64,000 bases of DNA. Source: Takakia lepidozioides (taxonomy: Eukaryota > Plantae > Bryophyta). The DNA is taken from positions 44,702,001 to 44,766,000 of the forward strand of contig CM060731.1 of NCBI GenBank assembly GCA_030704615.1, in the 5' to 3' direction. A program made the position numbers and the translations under genes. Shown piece by piece: positions 1-12,665 of the stretch; the first letter of the stretch is position 1, and every line of letters begins with the position of its first letter. The notes beneath the pieces are model-generated. The model had not been told where the DNA came from. It saw nothing but the letters and a program-made list of their open reading frames with translations, and searched no databases.

Positions 1-176
1 AGTTCCACTCCATGGTACATCAGTGCCTTCCACCTGGCATTCTCTCTCTCTTTCCCTCCAGCATGCCATTTAAACAATAGGAGAACATATACTGACTAAC
101 TGAAGAACCTAGCAAACAACCAGGAAGTGTTTGTAGATGAAGGGAGTATGCGTACCCAATGTAGTTTCGTAGATAC

Positions 177-1408
177 CAGTGTTGGGAGGGTATATTGATT
201 TTTTCTACCCTCAGGGTAAGGGTATACATGATTTTGGGGGTCAAACTTATCCTCGGGGTAAGGGTATAATCTATTTTTTGAAAACATTTACCCTCCGGGT
301 AAGGGTATATATAAATTTTTGGTAAACATTTACCCTCAGGGTAAGGGTATTGGGTGCCACATATACCATGAGGGTAAGGGTAATTGCAGGATAATGGTAC
401 CATTTTTATATCCGAGGGTAATTATAAAGGGTAGAATTAATTTTTTAAATTTTATTTGTGAATTTTATTAAATACTTATAATAAAGCTTCTTTTTTTTAA
501 TAAAAGGGACAGAGGCCCTACAAAAACTTTATTGGAGTGGCAAAATGAGAACAGAGAGGAGGAAAAAATAACCTCCTAAGGGACCGTAAAGTCGTAAAGT
601 CGTATCACATGGGGAACACCCAGCACTGGTAGGGAGTTGGGGGAGGGAGCCGGAGTTAACTAAGAACCAGAACCTCGGTGGGGGGAGGGAATTGCCAGAG
701 GGCCTAACCAAGACGAAGCATTTCAACTATATAACATCCCCGTTATATAGAATTTAACGGGATATGTCTTTTATTTATATTTTTGTTTATTTTTTATGTG
801 GCTTACGAATAGCAAAATTTTAGCCCTCATTTATGCTCCTCTAATGGCCCTAAAATATAATAACAAAACAACACATTTGATCATAATGAGGTCGCTCTGC
901 ACCATAGATAAGAGAATGGCGGGTACTGAGGAAAGAGAGAGTGGCAGTGGCGGGGACCGCCACTAGCACCCGCCACTAGCACACGCTTTTTCCAAGGAGA
1001 GAGTGGCAAGGACAGGTCTTGGAGCACGAGCTGCGAAGAGGAAGACCAACGAAGGGGGAAATAAAATAAAATAAAAATGCTAGTGTTTGCCCTCTCTACT
1101 AGCAAATACCACACCTAAACCTAAACCCCTAGTAATCAAATTATTATACCCTTCGCTATTACCCGGCCATTGAACAGATGTACCCTCATGGTAAGGGTAT
1201 CCTTCGAAATTTCAAACCCCTTGGTATAACAAAAATAATTACCCCTGACAAGGGTAGGGTAAGGGTATTTTGGAATTTCCAGGGTAGGGTATATCCATAT
1301 ACCCTTATTGGATTTTACCCTCAGGGTATAATGGCAGATAAAGATAAAGATAAAGATTCTTTAATGTCCAGTGAAAAAGGGCAGAAAAAATGTATCCTCC
1401 CAACACTG
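177..1408. mobile_element. Non-autonomous hAT-type DNA transposon
   Basis: TIRs CAGTGTTGGGAGG (177) / CCTCCCAACACTG (ends 1408). Perfect 8-bp TSD GTAGATAC at 169-176 and 1409-1416. Many subterminal GGGTAAGGGTA/TTACCC repeats, which explain the spurious 'YPYPEG' ORFs. Confidence 0.92.
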
Positions 1409-1563
1409 GTAGATACGTCAGTGTCGAGAAATAAATTGCCAACATATGCTTGAATCTCCACTCTCTAATGTGTGGCTATTTTGTTGACTAGCACCTCCAC
1501 GTATTACTTCCAATCATTAGAAAAAACCAAAATGTAAACTCTCTTTCTGTGCCCCTCTCTGGC

Positions 1564-1956
1564 ATATATATATATATGACGCCAACCGAAGCTAGCGTAA
1601 ATAAGAGCCTCTTCCCCTTGCGGGTACTGCCCCCTTTCAGGGGTGGGCTCTATCCGAACTGTAACCTGTTTCACAGTGGCTAGCTGGCCACTTTCAATCT
1701 TACGTTTATTGAGGATTAGGGATGTGAGTGATGAAATAGTCGTGAAATGCAAGGCTCGTAGTAGAGGTGTAGTGTATTTGGGTGGTAGGTTAAGATTATC
1801 TTTTAAACCTTGGATATTATGGGTATGAGCACCGCCCCTGACACCTGCAGTGATGACGGTCAGAGGTGCCGTGTTCCAGCCTCTGTGACGGAGGGCATGT
1901 ATGATTGGGTCATATTTTTCATGTTTGTACATAATTGATTGACCTGGATTTCGATC
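1564..1956 (-). mobile_element. 3' end of a non-LTR retrotransposon: restriction-like endonuclease (RLE) C-terminus, 3' UTR and (AT)n tail; Dualen/RandI-like
   Basis: Translation 'DRNPGQSIMYKHEKYDPIIHALRHRGWNTAPLTVITAGVRGG...LILNKRKIE' fits the K..KY...L...GW....G.RG pattern of the RLE C-terminal half. It is followed by a structured GC-rich segment and (AT)n at 1564-1578, and is cut upstream by a CACTA terminus at 1957. Confidence 0.72.
1579..1653 (-). other. Structured 3'-terminal RNA element of the LINE (three-way junction plus UUCG hairpin)
   Basis: Minus strand reads ATAGAGCCCACCCCTGAAAGGGGGCAGTACCCGCAAGGGGAAGAGGCTCTTATTTACGCTAGCTTCGGTTGGCGTC. It is homologous to the inserts at 28018 and 29209, with compensatory stem changes. 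Confidence 0.75.
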
Positions 1957-3128
1957 CATTATAACAGATGAGCGTTTTTATGACTTCACATATAACTATT
2001 TTTTCAGTCTTATATGCGTTCATGATTACATCACTCTGTAGTGAAAAAAACCCTGTCATAGCGACTAGTCTTTAGGACTGCGTTTTGCAAGTCATATCCG
2101 TGACTGCTTGCGTGACACCTGGAGTCCTACTGCAGAGAGGGTTGCAGTCACAACTATATGACTAATATATGACTACATTGTCTGTTGAGCGCTGCCTACA
2201 TGGAGAGGCTTCAGCGGGACACGTGCGCCACTGCGCAAGCGACACGTCATGCATTCATCAGGGGATCATATGACTATATGTCTGCAAAGTGATGCCTATA
2301 TGGAGAGGCGACAGATGGACACGTGCGCCACTTCGAATTTGACATGTCACGACTTCTTGCCATGATCATATGACTACATGTCTGCACAGTGATTGCCTAC
2401 ATAGAGAGGCGCTAGCGGGACACGTGTGCTATGGCAGATTTCACACGTAGTGACTACATGACTCGCTCATATGACTACAGGGATGTCTACATGGAGAGTT
2501 GTTAGCGGGACACTTGTTGCACTTGAGATGTGACATGTGGCACACAGACAAAATATATGACTAGCATATATGACTACGGATCTTTACACGTGGTGAAAAT
2601 ATGGATAAAGAATGTCGTGTCATATACTGCCACGTGTTCTGGTTTGAGCAGGAGTGATGTCACGTGTCATCAAGATTGTTTTCCGAAATAATTTATATTT
2701 TTAATGTTTATATTTTAATTTTTAGTTTTCATTTAATATTTAAAAGAACAGGGTGCAGCCTTGGAAAATTTTATTAAATGGTATTTTTTAATATTATTTT
2801 AAAATGAAAGTGAATTAAATGATTTAAATTCTTCATTACATAGTGAAATTCCAACATGAAAACAGAATGGATCCCTCTTGCATACTATCAACCACAAGGA
2901 GAATGAAAATAGTCAACTACAGGGCAATACAAGCCTTATAAATCACATTACAAAAATCCAAATGAGACCAATGTCCCAATGGACACCTCAAAAGCCACAA
3001 GGTCAAAAAATCCATGCCTCAAAAGGCCCAACAAAAAACAAGCAAACCCACACATGGGCTGAATTGTTGTAGCTAGTATGTTCTGGTGCTATTAGAATCA
3101 AGAACTCTGTTAAACAATGCAATACTGA

Positions 3129-6100
3129 CTATCCCTTCCGCAGCTCCATAAGTTTCAGTAACTTTAGACTCCAAAGTGTTGTCTGACCAACCACATGCCC
3201 CAACTCGGTATGTTTCCTAACACCATTCACATATGGTAGAGGGGTGTTACTGATACATGCCTCTTTGATGTACACACAGGCATAATCAAGGGGCACAGCA
3301 GGGTACCCGTAACCCACCACAGCACCTTGAAGAGCAACAATCAGCCCTACTCCACATTTCTTGCATTTGGAGTTCACATCCAACAGCCGAACCTCGTCAC
3401 CCACCCTGAACTGTGATCCCAACTCCACACAAAAAAGAACACGATGTGAAAACCCATGACATACACACGACTAGGACACTCAACATTTGCGAATTAAAGA
3501 AGCCCCAAGGTTGGAAAAAAATAAAACAAACAAGACAAGGGCCTGGACTTACTCCATTTGCAGTCTCGAGTGGTTGTGAGATCTCTTTTGGGGGGCTACT
3601 CGCCGGGTCGACACTCTTGCCCCTGGTCTGTACCGGCTTGTCGACAATATCACCTTTGTTTGTCACAAGTTCCTGTGTCACAGACCAGAGAACAACCAGG
3701 AAAGCAATGAGCAAACAGGAATAATGAATAGAAACAAAATCCAAGTATGAATCAAACAAAAAAAAACCAACATGAAAACCTGCAAAGAAAACCTAGCATT
3801 AATCAAGCAACCGAGGATAAGCATCCAGGAAAGCAATGCAATGAATGAACCCACAAAATTGTAGCCTCTGGAGCACTGTCAGAATGTTTGTACCTTCACA
3901 GTAGCAGTGTTGTATGGTTGTTGTCCGAAAACAGGCTGAGACTCCAAAAACTTGGGAATACTGGCAGCTTTCGATGCCTTCCACAAGAAAGGCCACAACA
4001 CCTCTATTAGATACTCATCAGTTGGTCAATCTGGTTGCACTTTCCATGGCTCTGGAAAAATCCCACTGAAGGGAGGATTGTTTGCCGCTTTTCTTGGTGT
4101 GTCATAACAGCGTGGTCTCAAAACTACCATCTTCTTGCCACACATCTTCCCCACAAAACCTTTGGGAAGGGATGCAGGCCCATTAGCAGAATGAAAAGAT
4201 TCACATAACAGACCATTTAAGTCCAGAATCAGTAAATGCTTCCTCACTGGTCCAGGAAGTAAACTGTCATTTGGCTTCAACATGTGAGCACGAGAAATAA
4301 AGCAACCTGCTTGTTTGTTTTGTCCCCGTCTGCATCTTCCTCCCCATTTAAACTCCCACATACCTGCATACCAGAATCCGGTGTGCCCGGCGGCTCTGTC
4401 ATCATTGCCCCCTGGACTGCTACTGCCTTTGTACGTGGCAAGGGCTGAATTTCCACGTGTACCTCACAGCTGGCCTTCCCTGTATCCTGCTGCTGCTCGG
4501 TCAAATTCAAAAGATCATCAGTGACAAGAAGACATAAGGGCTTAGAGTGAGCACCAGTTACCGTCTGAAATTGGGATTCCAAACATTTTGATACTGTCAC
4601 AGCAGACGCATCCATCGTAGATGTCACTGGTCCTGCGCCTGGTAGATTAATCCCCAATCAGGCCACAATGGCTTTCTGGTACTCAATCATGCTCTGCATC
4701 TGTAATTTTAAGTTTGCCATCTCACGTCCTTGTGATTCCACCAGTTTGTCCAAGCCATCCATCCTGCCACCTACTGTAGAATATGCGAGACTTCCCTCCC
4801 AAATCCATGAAAACTTGCCCCCAAGTATGAATCAAACAAAAAAACCTAGCATGAACAACCATTGGAAAGAAAACCCAGGCCAAAAGCCTTGAAAAAAACC
4901 CTAGCAACCTATGATGCAGCAACCACTCTAGCAAACGTGGAAAACACACTTACCCGCCTGTCACTCCCAGCTGACAACCGTGACACTGAACCCTCTTGAA
5001 TTTCATATAATGTAGGAGGGCACCCTGATAGTGTTTCCTGCAAATTAATTAGTCAGTAAGCAATGTGAGGGCTGACTATATACACATAGCAATTCAATGA
5101 GGAACAAAATACAGAGTCGTGATGATGCCACTTACCAAGTGCTTCCACCATTGTCTTCCCACCACGGCCAGTCTTGGTAGGATTCTGAATTGCACCATTT
5201 GCCTTCTTCATGTTGCCCGACACTTTGTGGAACACCTCTGTCTGCTAGTAACTTACAAGCTTGTTCCATACCTCGTCAGTAATGGGTTTCCCCTTACCAC
5301 CCAACCACGCAGTGTGTGCTTCATAACGCTGGCTCTTCATTATTCTGCCAATTGTTTGTTTTAGGTGGAAGTCTTTTAACTTGTGTGGCGTATATGAAAA
5401 TAGCTTAGCCAGGTGATCTCTGATTTCGTATACAACTTCATCAGGTTGGTTGTTGATGGCAAGGGAACAATCTAGCTTGCGATAAGCCTGTCCTTTAAGG
5501 GCAGCGTGCCATACATTCCAGGTCTGACCATATGGGGCTCCTTTGAGGTTCGTCACAATCACCGTGGGATGAAGACCTGCAGCTATTCTCTCTTCCTTCA
5601 CCTTGGTAGCTTCAATTTTGGCTGAGCTATTAGCCCACCTTAAAGCATTGGTTCTATCATTCTTTGAAACGGCACCCTCCCCTCCTTCAGAGACCTCCGT
5701 GTGCTCAGGAGAATTTAAAGCAGGATCCTGCCAAGTAGGGACTGGTGGCCATGGCTGTTGGCCAGAAGGCCGAGGACCATACTGGCCATACTGTCCATAA
5801 GCAAGAGGATATTTCGGTGGTCTGCCACCCCCATAGCTATTAGGGGGTGGCAAATATGGTGGAGGAGGATATTGGCCATACTGCCCATATGGAGGAGCAT
5901 CATATTGACCCTGACCATACTGAGTGCCAGACTGTGGGTACTGAGGCATACCATAATAAGGTGGGGGTACTGGTGGCACAGAACCCACAACGATGGGAGA
6001 GTTAGGGCCACCTCTTGCGTTCTTGTGGGCGCCATCTCCATTGCTAGCAGCAGGGATCGTGGATCTAGTGCGCTTGTGCTTGCCCTGAAAAGAAATTCCC

Positions 6101-7000
6101 CCAGTACAATGTGGGTGATTACACATACATATAGGCAGCAAGCAGCAAATCCTTGAATTCAAGATAACAAACTGGAAGCACATATCATTTGTAAAGACAA
6201 GATTACCCAAAACTCAGTATGATCTTGGGCAGTAAATCTCCCAAATTTGATTGGCCCCAATGATGTCCTCCCAGTACATTTTTGAACCCTCTTAGGTATG
6301 AGGTGTTCCTGAAATCCATAGCAAGAATTCAAATGGACAAACCTGATGGGTCCATGAGAAGTATCCCTCCAAGTTTTATTGATATTTTGGGTGCATAAAT
6401 AACCCAAGTATCTCTATAAGTAGCCATTGTAGCTTAGTACCAGGACGTTGATTTCATGGGGCAAAGAATTTGAACACACCTGAAGTCTACATTGGCCTGA
6501 CATCATGCCTTTGGCACTTCAACTTGTCTAGTGGAAAATCATTTGTGATTGTGCCTTGGCTGACCCCTGCATTGTCCAACTTCCCTGTCTTGACAGACAT
6601 ACCCTATCTCTTCATGATCTTACCATACCATATCTCTTCGTGATTTTACAAAAATATACATAATTTGAATCATGGTCATTGTGAAGAACTATAAATCACA
6701 GACGGAGAAGGTGTTCGTAGTGTAGATGATGGGCGTTTTTGTCCTGCGACATGAGCATGGGCATGTTCTCCTCGGCTTGCCGTGGCATCCGCCGACGACA
6801 CAGTCGCCTCGCACTGGCGTGGGAGGAGTGGATCGTCATCATCGTCCTCAGAAGAGCCCTCATGCAGAATCGTAGTCTTCATCGTCTTCAGTCTGACACT
6901 TTGCCTTGCAGGACCTTGATCCCTAGCTTTTTCCTTCGGAGCGCGTGGCTTGCGAGGGCGATTCGCTCCCGCAAGCCTGTATAAACACCTCCATGACCTC
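3129..7000 (-). pseudogene. CACTA TnpA/Ptta-like multi-exon gene with Pro/Gly/Tyr-rich region and C-terminal Tnp1/En/Spm-like domain
   Basis: 5245-6087 '...KPITDEVWNKLVSY' then 'VSGNMKKANGAIQNPTKTGRGG' resembles the Ptta/En/Spm (Transposase_24) motif. 3129-3428 'VGDEVRLLD...GLI...VPLDYACVYIKE...PLPY...LGHVVGQTTLWS' resembles Transposase_23. Stops and frameshifts are present; exon borders are approximate. Confidence 0.65.
3890..4250 (-). pseudogene. FCP1-homology/NIF (HAD) domain fragment inside the TnpA-like gene
   Basis: 'KHLLILDLNGLL...VVLRPRC', then 'DTPRKAANNPPFSGIFP', then after a frameshift 'DEYLIEVLWPFL...PKFLESQPVFGQQP'. These are the N- and C-terminal motifs of the plant DLNGLL-type NIF family; the middle is deleted. 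Confidence 0.7.
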
Positions 7001-10000
7001 CCTCTCAAACAATCACAAACAAATGCAAGCATACATACCCTAATACTCTTAAGCCTACGCTGAACCACAACCGCACCCTACCAGGACGTAATGGCTGCCA
7101 CGAATGCCGGCGGACATCTCCCGCCTAATGACACACCCTCCTCAAACCTAATCGTCACTCACTGCATGTTGTTTGCCTCTCTGTTTGTACAAGTCGCAGC
7201 TACTCACCCCCATTTGTGTTGTGAAGCTTATGATCGTTGTAGGAAGGTTAGAGGATAAGGCGAATCGCAAGTTTAGTGGGTGGGTAACCAAAGTCAGGAA
7301 CTAAACTCACCCATCTATTGACTGCTTGAACGTTGCTTCCACCTCCTTTATGGCAGCAATCCGGCGCTCTCGGAACTTCTCATACTCAGTGAGAGGGACT
7401 GTCACTTCGAAGACCTTCCGCTTCACCATGGACACTCAGAAACGATACTTATAGTATACTATAGATATAGAAATAGCACATTGGCAGCTGGTGCAAAATA
7501 AGAGACAATGCACTGTGCGTAGCATGCAAAGAAGGAAGGGGTGACGTTCAAAGCATGCACAGTGCAGGTGGCGACCGGATGCGTAGGCGTAGAATAGATG
7601 ACCGTCTATGGCGAATGGAAGAAGCTTATGCCACAAGGAATGGGCATACAAAAATGCTATGCAACTGCGATGAGTGTCATGGAGGAAAAATACTGTTGTT
7701 GGAAATAGTGAGGAATCATTACATGATACACGGGAGGGATCCTCTTCTCCAACGTTGTTCTCTTCCGGTACGATCGCCACTTTCTCTTCAGCACTTTAGT
7801 TTGAATTTTGAATGCAACGATCATCTTCTCCACATGTCGACATTTCGTTGGGTGATTGTAGTCAAGAAGTCATAAGATACAGACGTGACTATGACTACGC
7901 CACTTCCGTTATCACTTTAATTAATGCACATGTCGTGTTTTCATTGGTCATGTGTAGTCATGTAGTCATATATGACTAACTAAGTAACTGCAACTATGAC
8001 TTCAATGGCTACAAATGTCGTGTTTTGATTGGGTGTATATTCATAAGATATGTACGTAAATATGACTGCATCACTGCAACGTCACCGTGCCTCCTATGTC
8101 ATAATATGAACAAGTGTCACATCGTTGTTGGTCCACTCACAAGATGACTATTGGGATGCAATGATGTGAATATTCAGATGATGAAGACGAAGGCCCTGCG
8201 GCACAGCAGGAGCCCAATGTCACAGAGAACGCAGATGAGAGTGGTGGATTGGAGGTAGAAATCACTACAACAAATGAGCGTTTTTATGACTGCACATATG
8301 ACTATTTTTTCAGTCCTATATGCGTTCATGACTACATCACTCTGCAGTGAAAAAAGCCCTATCATAGCGACTAGTCTTTAGGACTGCATTTTGCAAGTCA
8401 TAGCCGTGACTGCGTGCGTGGCACCTGGAGTCATGATGTAGAGAGGATGTAGTCACAACTATATGATTTATATATGACTAACTATATGACTACATGTCTA
8501 CAAAGTATAACTCCATTGGAGAGGCGTCAGAGAGACATATGTAGCACTCCGGATGTGACACGTGTCCACGTGGACAACATATATGACCCACACGTGGGAA
8601 AGAATATCGTATCATATAATGTCACGTTGCCATGATGTAGTCATGAGTATATAACTTCATGACTAAAGAGGTTTTTTAATAATATTTTAATTTAATAAAT
8701 TAAATCATACAATTATAATATTTAGATTATTAATTGATTTAAATTCTCATTAGGTTTCTAGGAAAATAGAATGGAAGCCATTGTTGTCTTTTATTCTTAT
8801 TTTTATTTTTGTTAACAAAGAGGGACAGTGGGGGACAGTGGCCTCCAGAACTTTATAGGTAATGGACATAAAATGTCCTTGGATACAAAGAGGAAAAATA
8901 ACCTCTGGATAGAGTGCCATAGAGGCTGAAAGAGGAAGACACAACTTCGCGTACCAAGACAAGAAAGAGTAGTAAGAAGGAAGGCAAGCAAAGAAGGGGG
9001 TCTACATAGAGCTAAAGAGTCTAGCAGGAAAAGAGACTGCAGCCAGAAACTACTGCCATAACTTGGAAACAGAAAGGCACCGAGCTAAGGAGAAGAACTG
9101 AAAATCAGCTAACAATGTCATAAGAAAGCTGGGCCCTAGCCTTCCACTTCCTAAAAGATCTACAGATGGAGAGACATCCCTGCAGGGGTCGTGCTCTTCA
9201 GCTCAAGACCAACCAATTGATCATCTATCCATGCAGGTTTCTTGTAGCTATCCTTCCACAGGGAATCATAGGTAATCTGGAGATTGAAATCCGGCCCTCT
9301 TGGATGAATCTGGACCCATGCACTCTATCCCTGCTCCTTCAGCTATCCATGCCTTTGCACAAATCATGTATATATCATTGCCTTGCTCCTAGCAGCTGAC
9401 AATGACAGCCTAGAATTGTTCCAGCAAACACCCCAACCCTACTTACCATACTCGCTGACTTGTGTCTACTTCCAACAAGCATTCACTTTTTTGCCTCGAT
9501 TGTTCCACCATTGACTAGGGTCGGAAATGTATTCTTTGGAACAGAGCTTCTCCTCGTCTCTGTTATCTGTTTTTTCAATACTTTCCTGTCGACCACATTG
9601 GCAATAACATGTCAAAATCATTCCAAAACCACCAGAGATCCACCAACACGGAGCTAACTTGTAGAATTCAACATGAAAATATAGGGACGACTCTGATAGC
9701 AGGGGAAAACAGGGTGGAATATGTTGAAGAAAGTACCTTCATTAGTAGTGTCTTGTTCTATCAATTGTGCTGTTGCCGCTGTTTCTAGTAGACCATCTAC
9801 CCACTTGTAGCCGCTGTGCTATTGAAGAAGGTGTCTTCGTTACCAGTGCCTGATTTATCAATTGTGCCGCTGCTACGGCAAATTCCAGTTGACCATCTAC
9901 CCATGCAGGTTTCTTGTAGCTATCCTTCGACACATGGAATCATAGGTAATTTGGAGCTTGAAATCTGGCCCTCTTACATGAATCTGGACCCACACTCTAT

Positions 10001-10089
10001 CCGTGCTCCTTCACCTATCCATGCCTCTGCACAAATCATGCATAAATCCTTACCTTGCTGCTAGCAGCTGACAATGACAGCCTATATTT

Positions 10090-10550
10090 GTTCTAGGAAA
10101 CAACCAACTCAACTTATCACACGATCTCGTTCAGCCCTAGTGTTGAAGGCTCCCTCCACATCCTCAATGCTCCCACATTTGGCATACATGTCCACGAGGT
10201 ATTGTTCAGAATCACATATGGTACAATTCCAGCTTTGGTGATGCAACCATGAACCTCTTTGCCCTTTTCCAGGGCTGCCAGGCTTGCACACGCACTGCAA
10301 ACACGCACTAAAATGATGTGGTCGAGCTTCACCCCTTCCCCCATCATTGGCTCATAGGTATCCAAACCTCCATCCTGCACCCCTGCTGTGCATACCCTGC
10401 AAGCATCGCACTCCACGACACCACATCTCGTTTAGCCATAGTGTTGAACACTCCCTTGACATTGGCATATATGTCCAGAATTAGGGGATGTTCAGAATGA
10501 CATCTGGTTATAAAATTCCAGGGCTGCCAGCCTTCATACACTCCTATGAT
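10090..10550 (-). pseudogene. PLS-class PPR gene fragment
   Basis: 'LDIYANVKGVFNTMAKRDVVSWSAMLAGYAQQG', 'CSACASLAALEKGKEVHGCI', 'LVDMYAKCGSIEDVEGAF'; frameshifted. Confidence 0.9.
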
Positions 10551-10854
10551 CATGCTGACCCTACCAAGTCCCTTGTAAACGACCAAGAGGTCCATGCCCA
10601 ATGGAGACATCATCACATTTTAAGCTGGAATGGCTCCAAGAGTCATACTGAACAGTATTCTATTTTTCCCCTGCCTCCTTGCCCCCTGCCTTTCCCCATC
10701 CTGCAACTGAAAGAGGCTCTACAAACTTCAACCAGCTAGGCATAATTTCAGCATATTCAGATACCTAAGTCCCCTGTCTCAAGCATAAGAGCATCAAGCT
10801 GAAAGGCCTGCAAACTGAAAATCAGGTGCATATGCTCACATTATATTAAGTGGA

Positions 10855-10940
10855 TTGAAGGCATTAAATGCTTTTCTACACAACACCCTTGTCAACATGT
10901 ATGTTAAGTGTGGTAGCTCGTGGATGCACTTGTAGTTGTC
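10855..10940 (+). pseudogene. Short PPR fragment in the opposite orientation
   Basis: Plus strand reads 'LNAFLHNTLVNMYVKCGSS'. Confidence 0.65.
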
Positions 10941-11139
10941 CCACCCCGAGTTTAAATTTCAGTCTAGTGACGAGGGCAGGTAGGCCATTGAGATAGTCCT
11001 TAAGGTCCTTGCCCATGTCACATATTCGAAACAAGTTTAGGGAGGTTTAATGCCTAAATGTATTTCCACTGGACAGTGTGAGGGCATCAGAGGAGGAGAG
11101 AGAGAGAGAGAGAGAGTCACCGGGGAAGGTGGTCATCAT

Positions 11140-11570
11140 GGTACTCCAAGACACCACATCTTGTTCAGCCATGTTGTTGAACACTCCCTTTGCATCCTTG
11201 CTACACCTACATTTGTCATACATATTGTCCACCAGGGGAGTGTTCAAAATGACATCTAGTACATTTGCAGCTTTGACGATGCAACCATGGACCTTCTGCC
11301 CTTTTCCAGGGCTGCCAGGCCTACACACGCATTGCAAACACATACACACGTTATGTGGTCGGGCTTCAGTATCCCTTCCCTCATAATTTGCCCATAGGTC
11401 TCCAAAGCCTCCATCCCACGCCCCTGTTGTGCATACCCTGCAAACATCGCACTCCATGACACCACATCTCGTTCAGCCATAGTGTTGAACACTCCCTTTG
11501 CATCCTCGATGCACCCACATTTGACATATATGTCCACCAAGGCAGGGGCAGTGTTCAAAATGACATCTAG
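11140..11570 (-). pseudogene. PLS-class PPR gene fragment
   Basis: 'ALVDIYVKCGCIEDAKGVFNTMAERDVVSWSAMFAGYAQQGRGMEAL...KPDHITCVCVCNACVGLAALEKG'; paralogous to 10090-10550. Confidence 0.9.
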
Positions 11571-12579
11571 TAATTTGACAGGTATTCACATTTTTGCCTT
11601 GGTTGTCCCACCATTGACTGGGGTCAGAAAAGTATTCATTCCAAAGCTTCTCCTCATCTCTGTTACATCTTTTGGATACTTTCCTGTTGTCACATTGGCA
11701 ATATCATATCAAAGTCACTCCAAACTATCCCAGGTTCACTCAACCAACTAACTTGCAGAATTCAACATGGAAATTTAGGGCCGATTCTGATAAGAGGGAA
11801 AAACAGGGTGAAATGTGTTGAAAAACGTGCCTTCATTAGCAGACCATTTTCTCATTAGCAGATTTCTTGTAGCTATTGATCCACGGGGAATCAGAACTAA
11901 TCTTGTGTTTGAAATCCGGCCCTCTTGGATGAACCTGGACCTCTATCCCTGGTCCTTCAGCTACCCCTGTCTGTGTACAAATCATGAATACTTGTTGCTA
12001 GCAGCTGACACTGACGGCGTGAAGTTCTTCCAGCAAACCCCAACCCTAATTATTACATTAGTTCTAATTCTAAATTGCATCTACTTCTCTCTAGTGTAGT
12101 CCAACATGCATTCACCTTTTTGTCTCCATTGTCCCACCATTGACTGGGGTCGGAAAAGTGTTCATTCCAAAGCTTCTCCTCATCTCTATTACCTGTTTTT
12201 GGATACTTTCATGCTGCCAAACAGGGCAAAACAGGCTGAAAGAGGTCAAAGAAGAAGGTATCCTCACCACATTGTCCTTTACCTTGTGTCATGACCTATA
12301 GAGGATTTGACCGACCATCAGCCCAAAAGGACCCCTTGTGTGTGCTGCTTGTATCTGTAGTCAGGTAATGTTGGATTGGTATGTGAGATCGAACCACCAC
12401 GGTCGAGCTGAGCAGGCAGAGATTGAAACACGGCCTGCTAAGACCAAGCTGACTCTCCCAAGAACGGCGAGCGTCTCCTCGTCTCGTCTCTCTCCCAAAA
12501 ACGGCGAGCTCACAAGAATGTTGGGATCTTCTCCTCGTCTCCTCTCCTCCTCCTCTCCTCCTTCCTGCATCATTTGCTC

Positions 12580-12665
12580 AAGAGTAGGAAGGTCTGCAAA
12601 GCCTCCATCCCACGCCCCTCCATATCCTGCGATCACCGCGTTCCATGACACAACATCAAATAGAT
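12580..12665 (-). pseudogene. PPR fragment
   Basis: 'FDVVSWNAVIAGY' followed by sequence matching 11400-11425. Confidence 0.7.

Larger units (their letters stand above)
9230..12210 (+). repeat. Internal multi-copy segmental repeat in the Pack-CACTA cargo
   Basis: 'TTTCTTGTAGCTAT...GGAATCA...AAATC.GGCCCTCTT' recurs at ~9235, ~9905 and ~11860. 'CCACCATTGACT.GGGTC' recurs at ~9506, ~11608 and ~12135. Confidence 0.85.

Noticed and set aside
20-403. ORFs with repeated YPYPEG peptides (also 1178-1453, 18537-18770)
   Set aside because: These are translations of the hAT subterminal GGGTAAGGGTA repeats, not proteins.
2180-2600. Regularly spaced repeats (ATATGACTAC...GGAGAGGC...GGACACGTG) resembling a CRISPR array
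   Set aside because: The units are degenerate, the spacers are similar to each other, there are no cas genes and the context is eukaryotic. They are CACTA subterminal repeats.
5700-5990. Pro/Gly/Tyr/Gln-rich segment resembling a cell-wall or prion-like protein
   Set aside because: It is in frame with the TnpA-like domain inside the CACTA and is best treated as a low-complexity linker.
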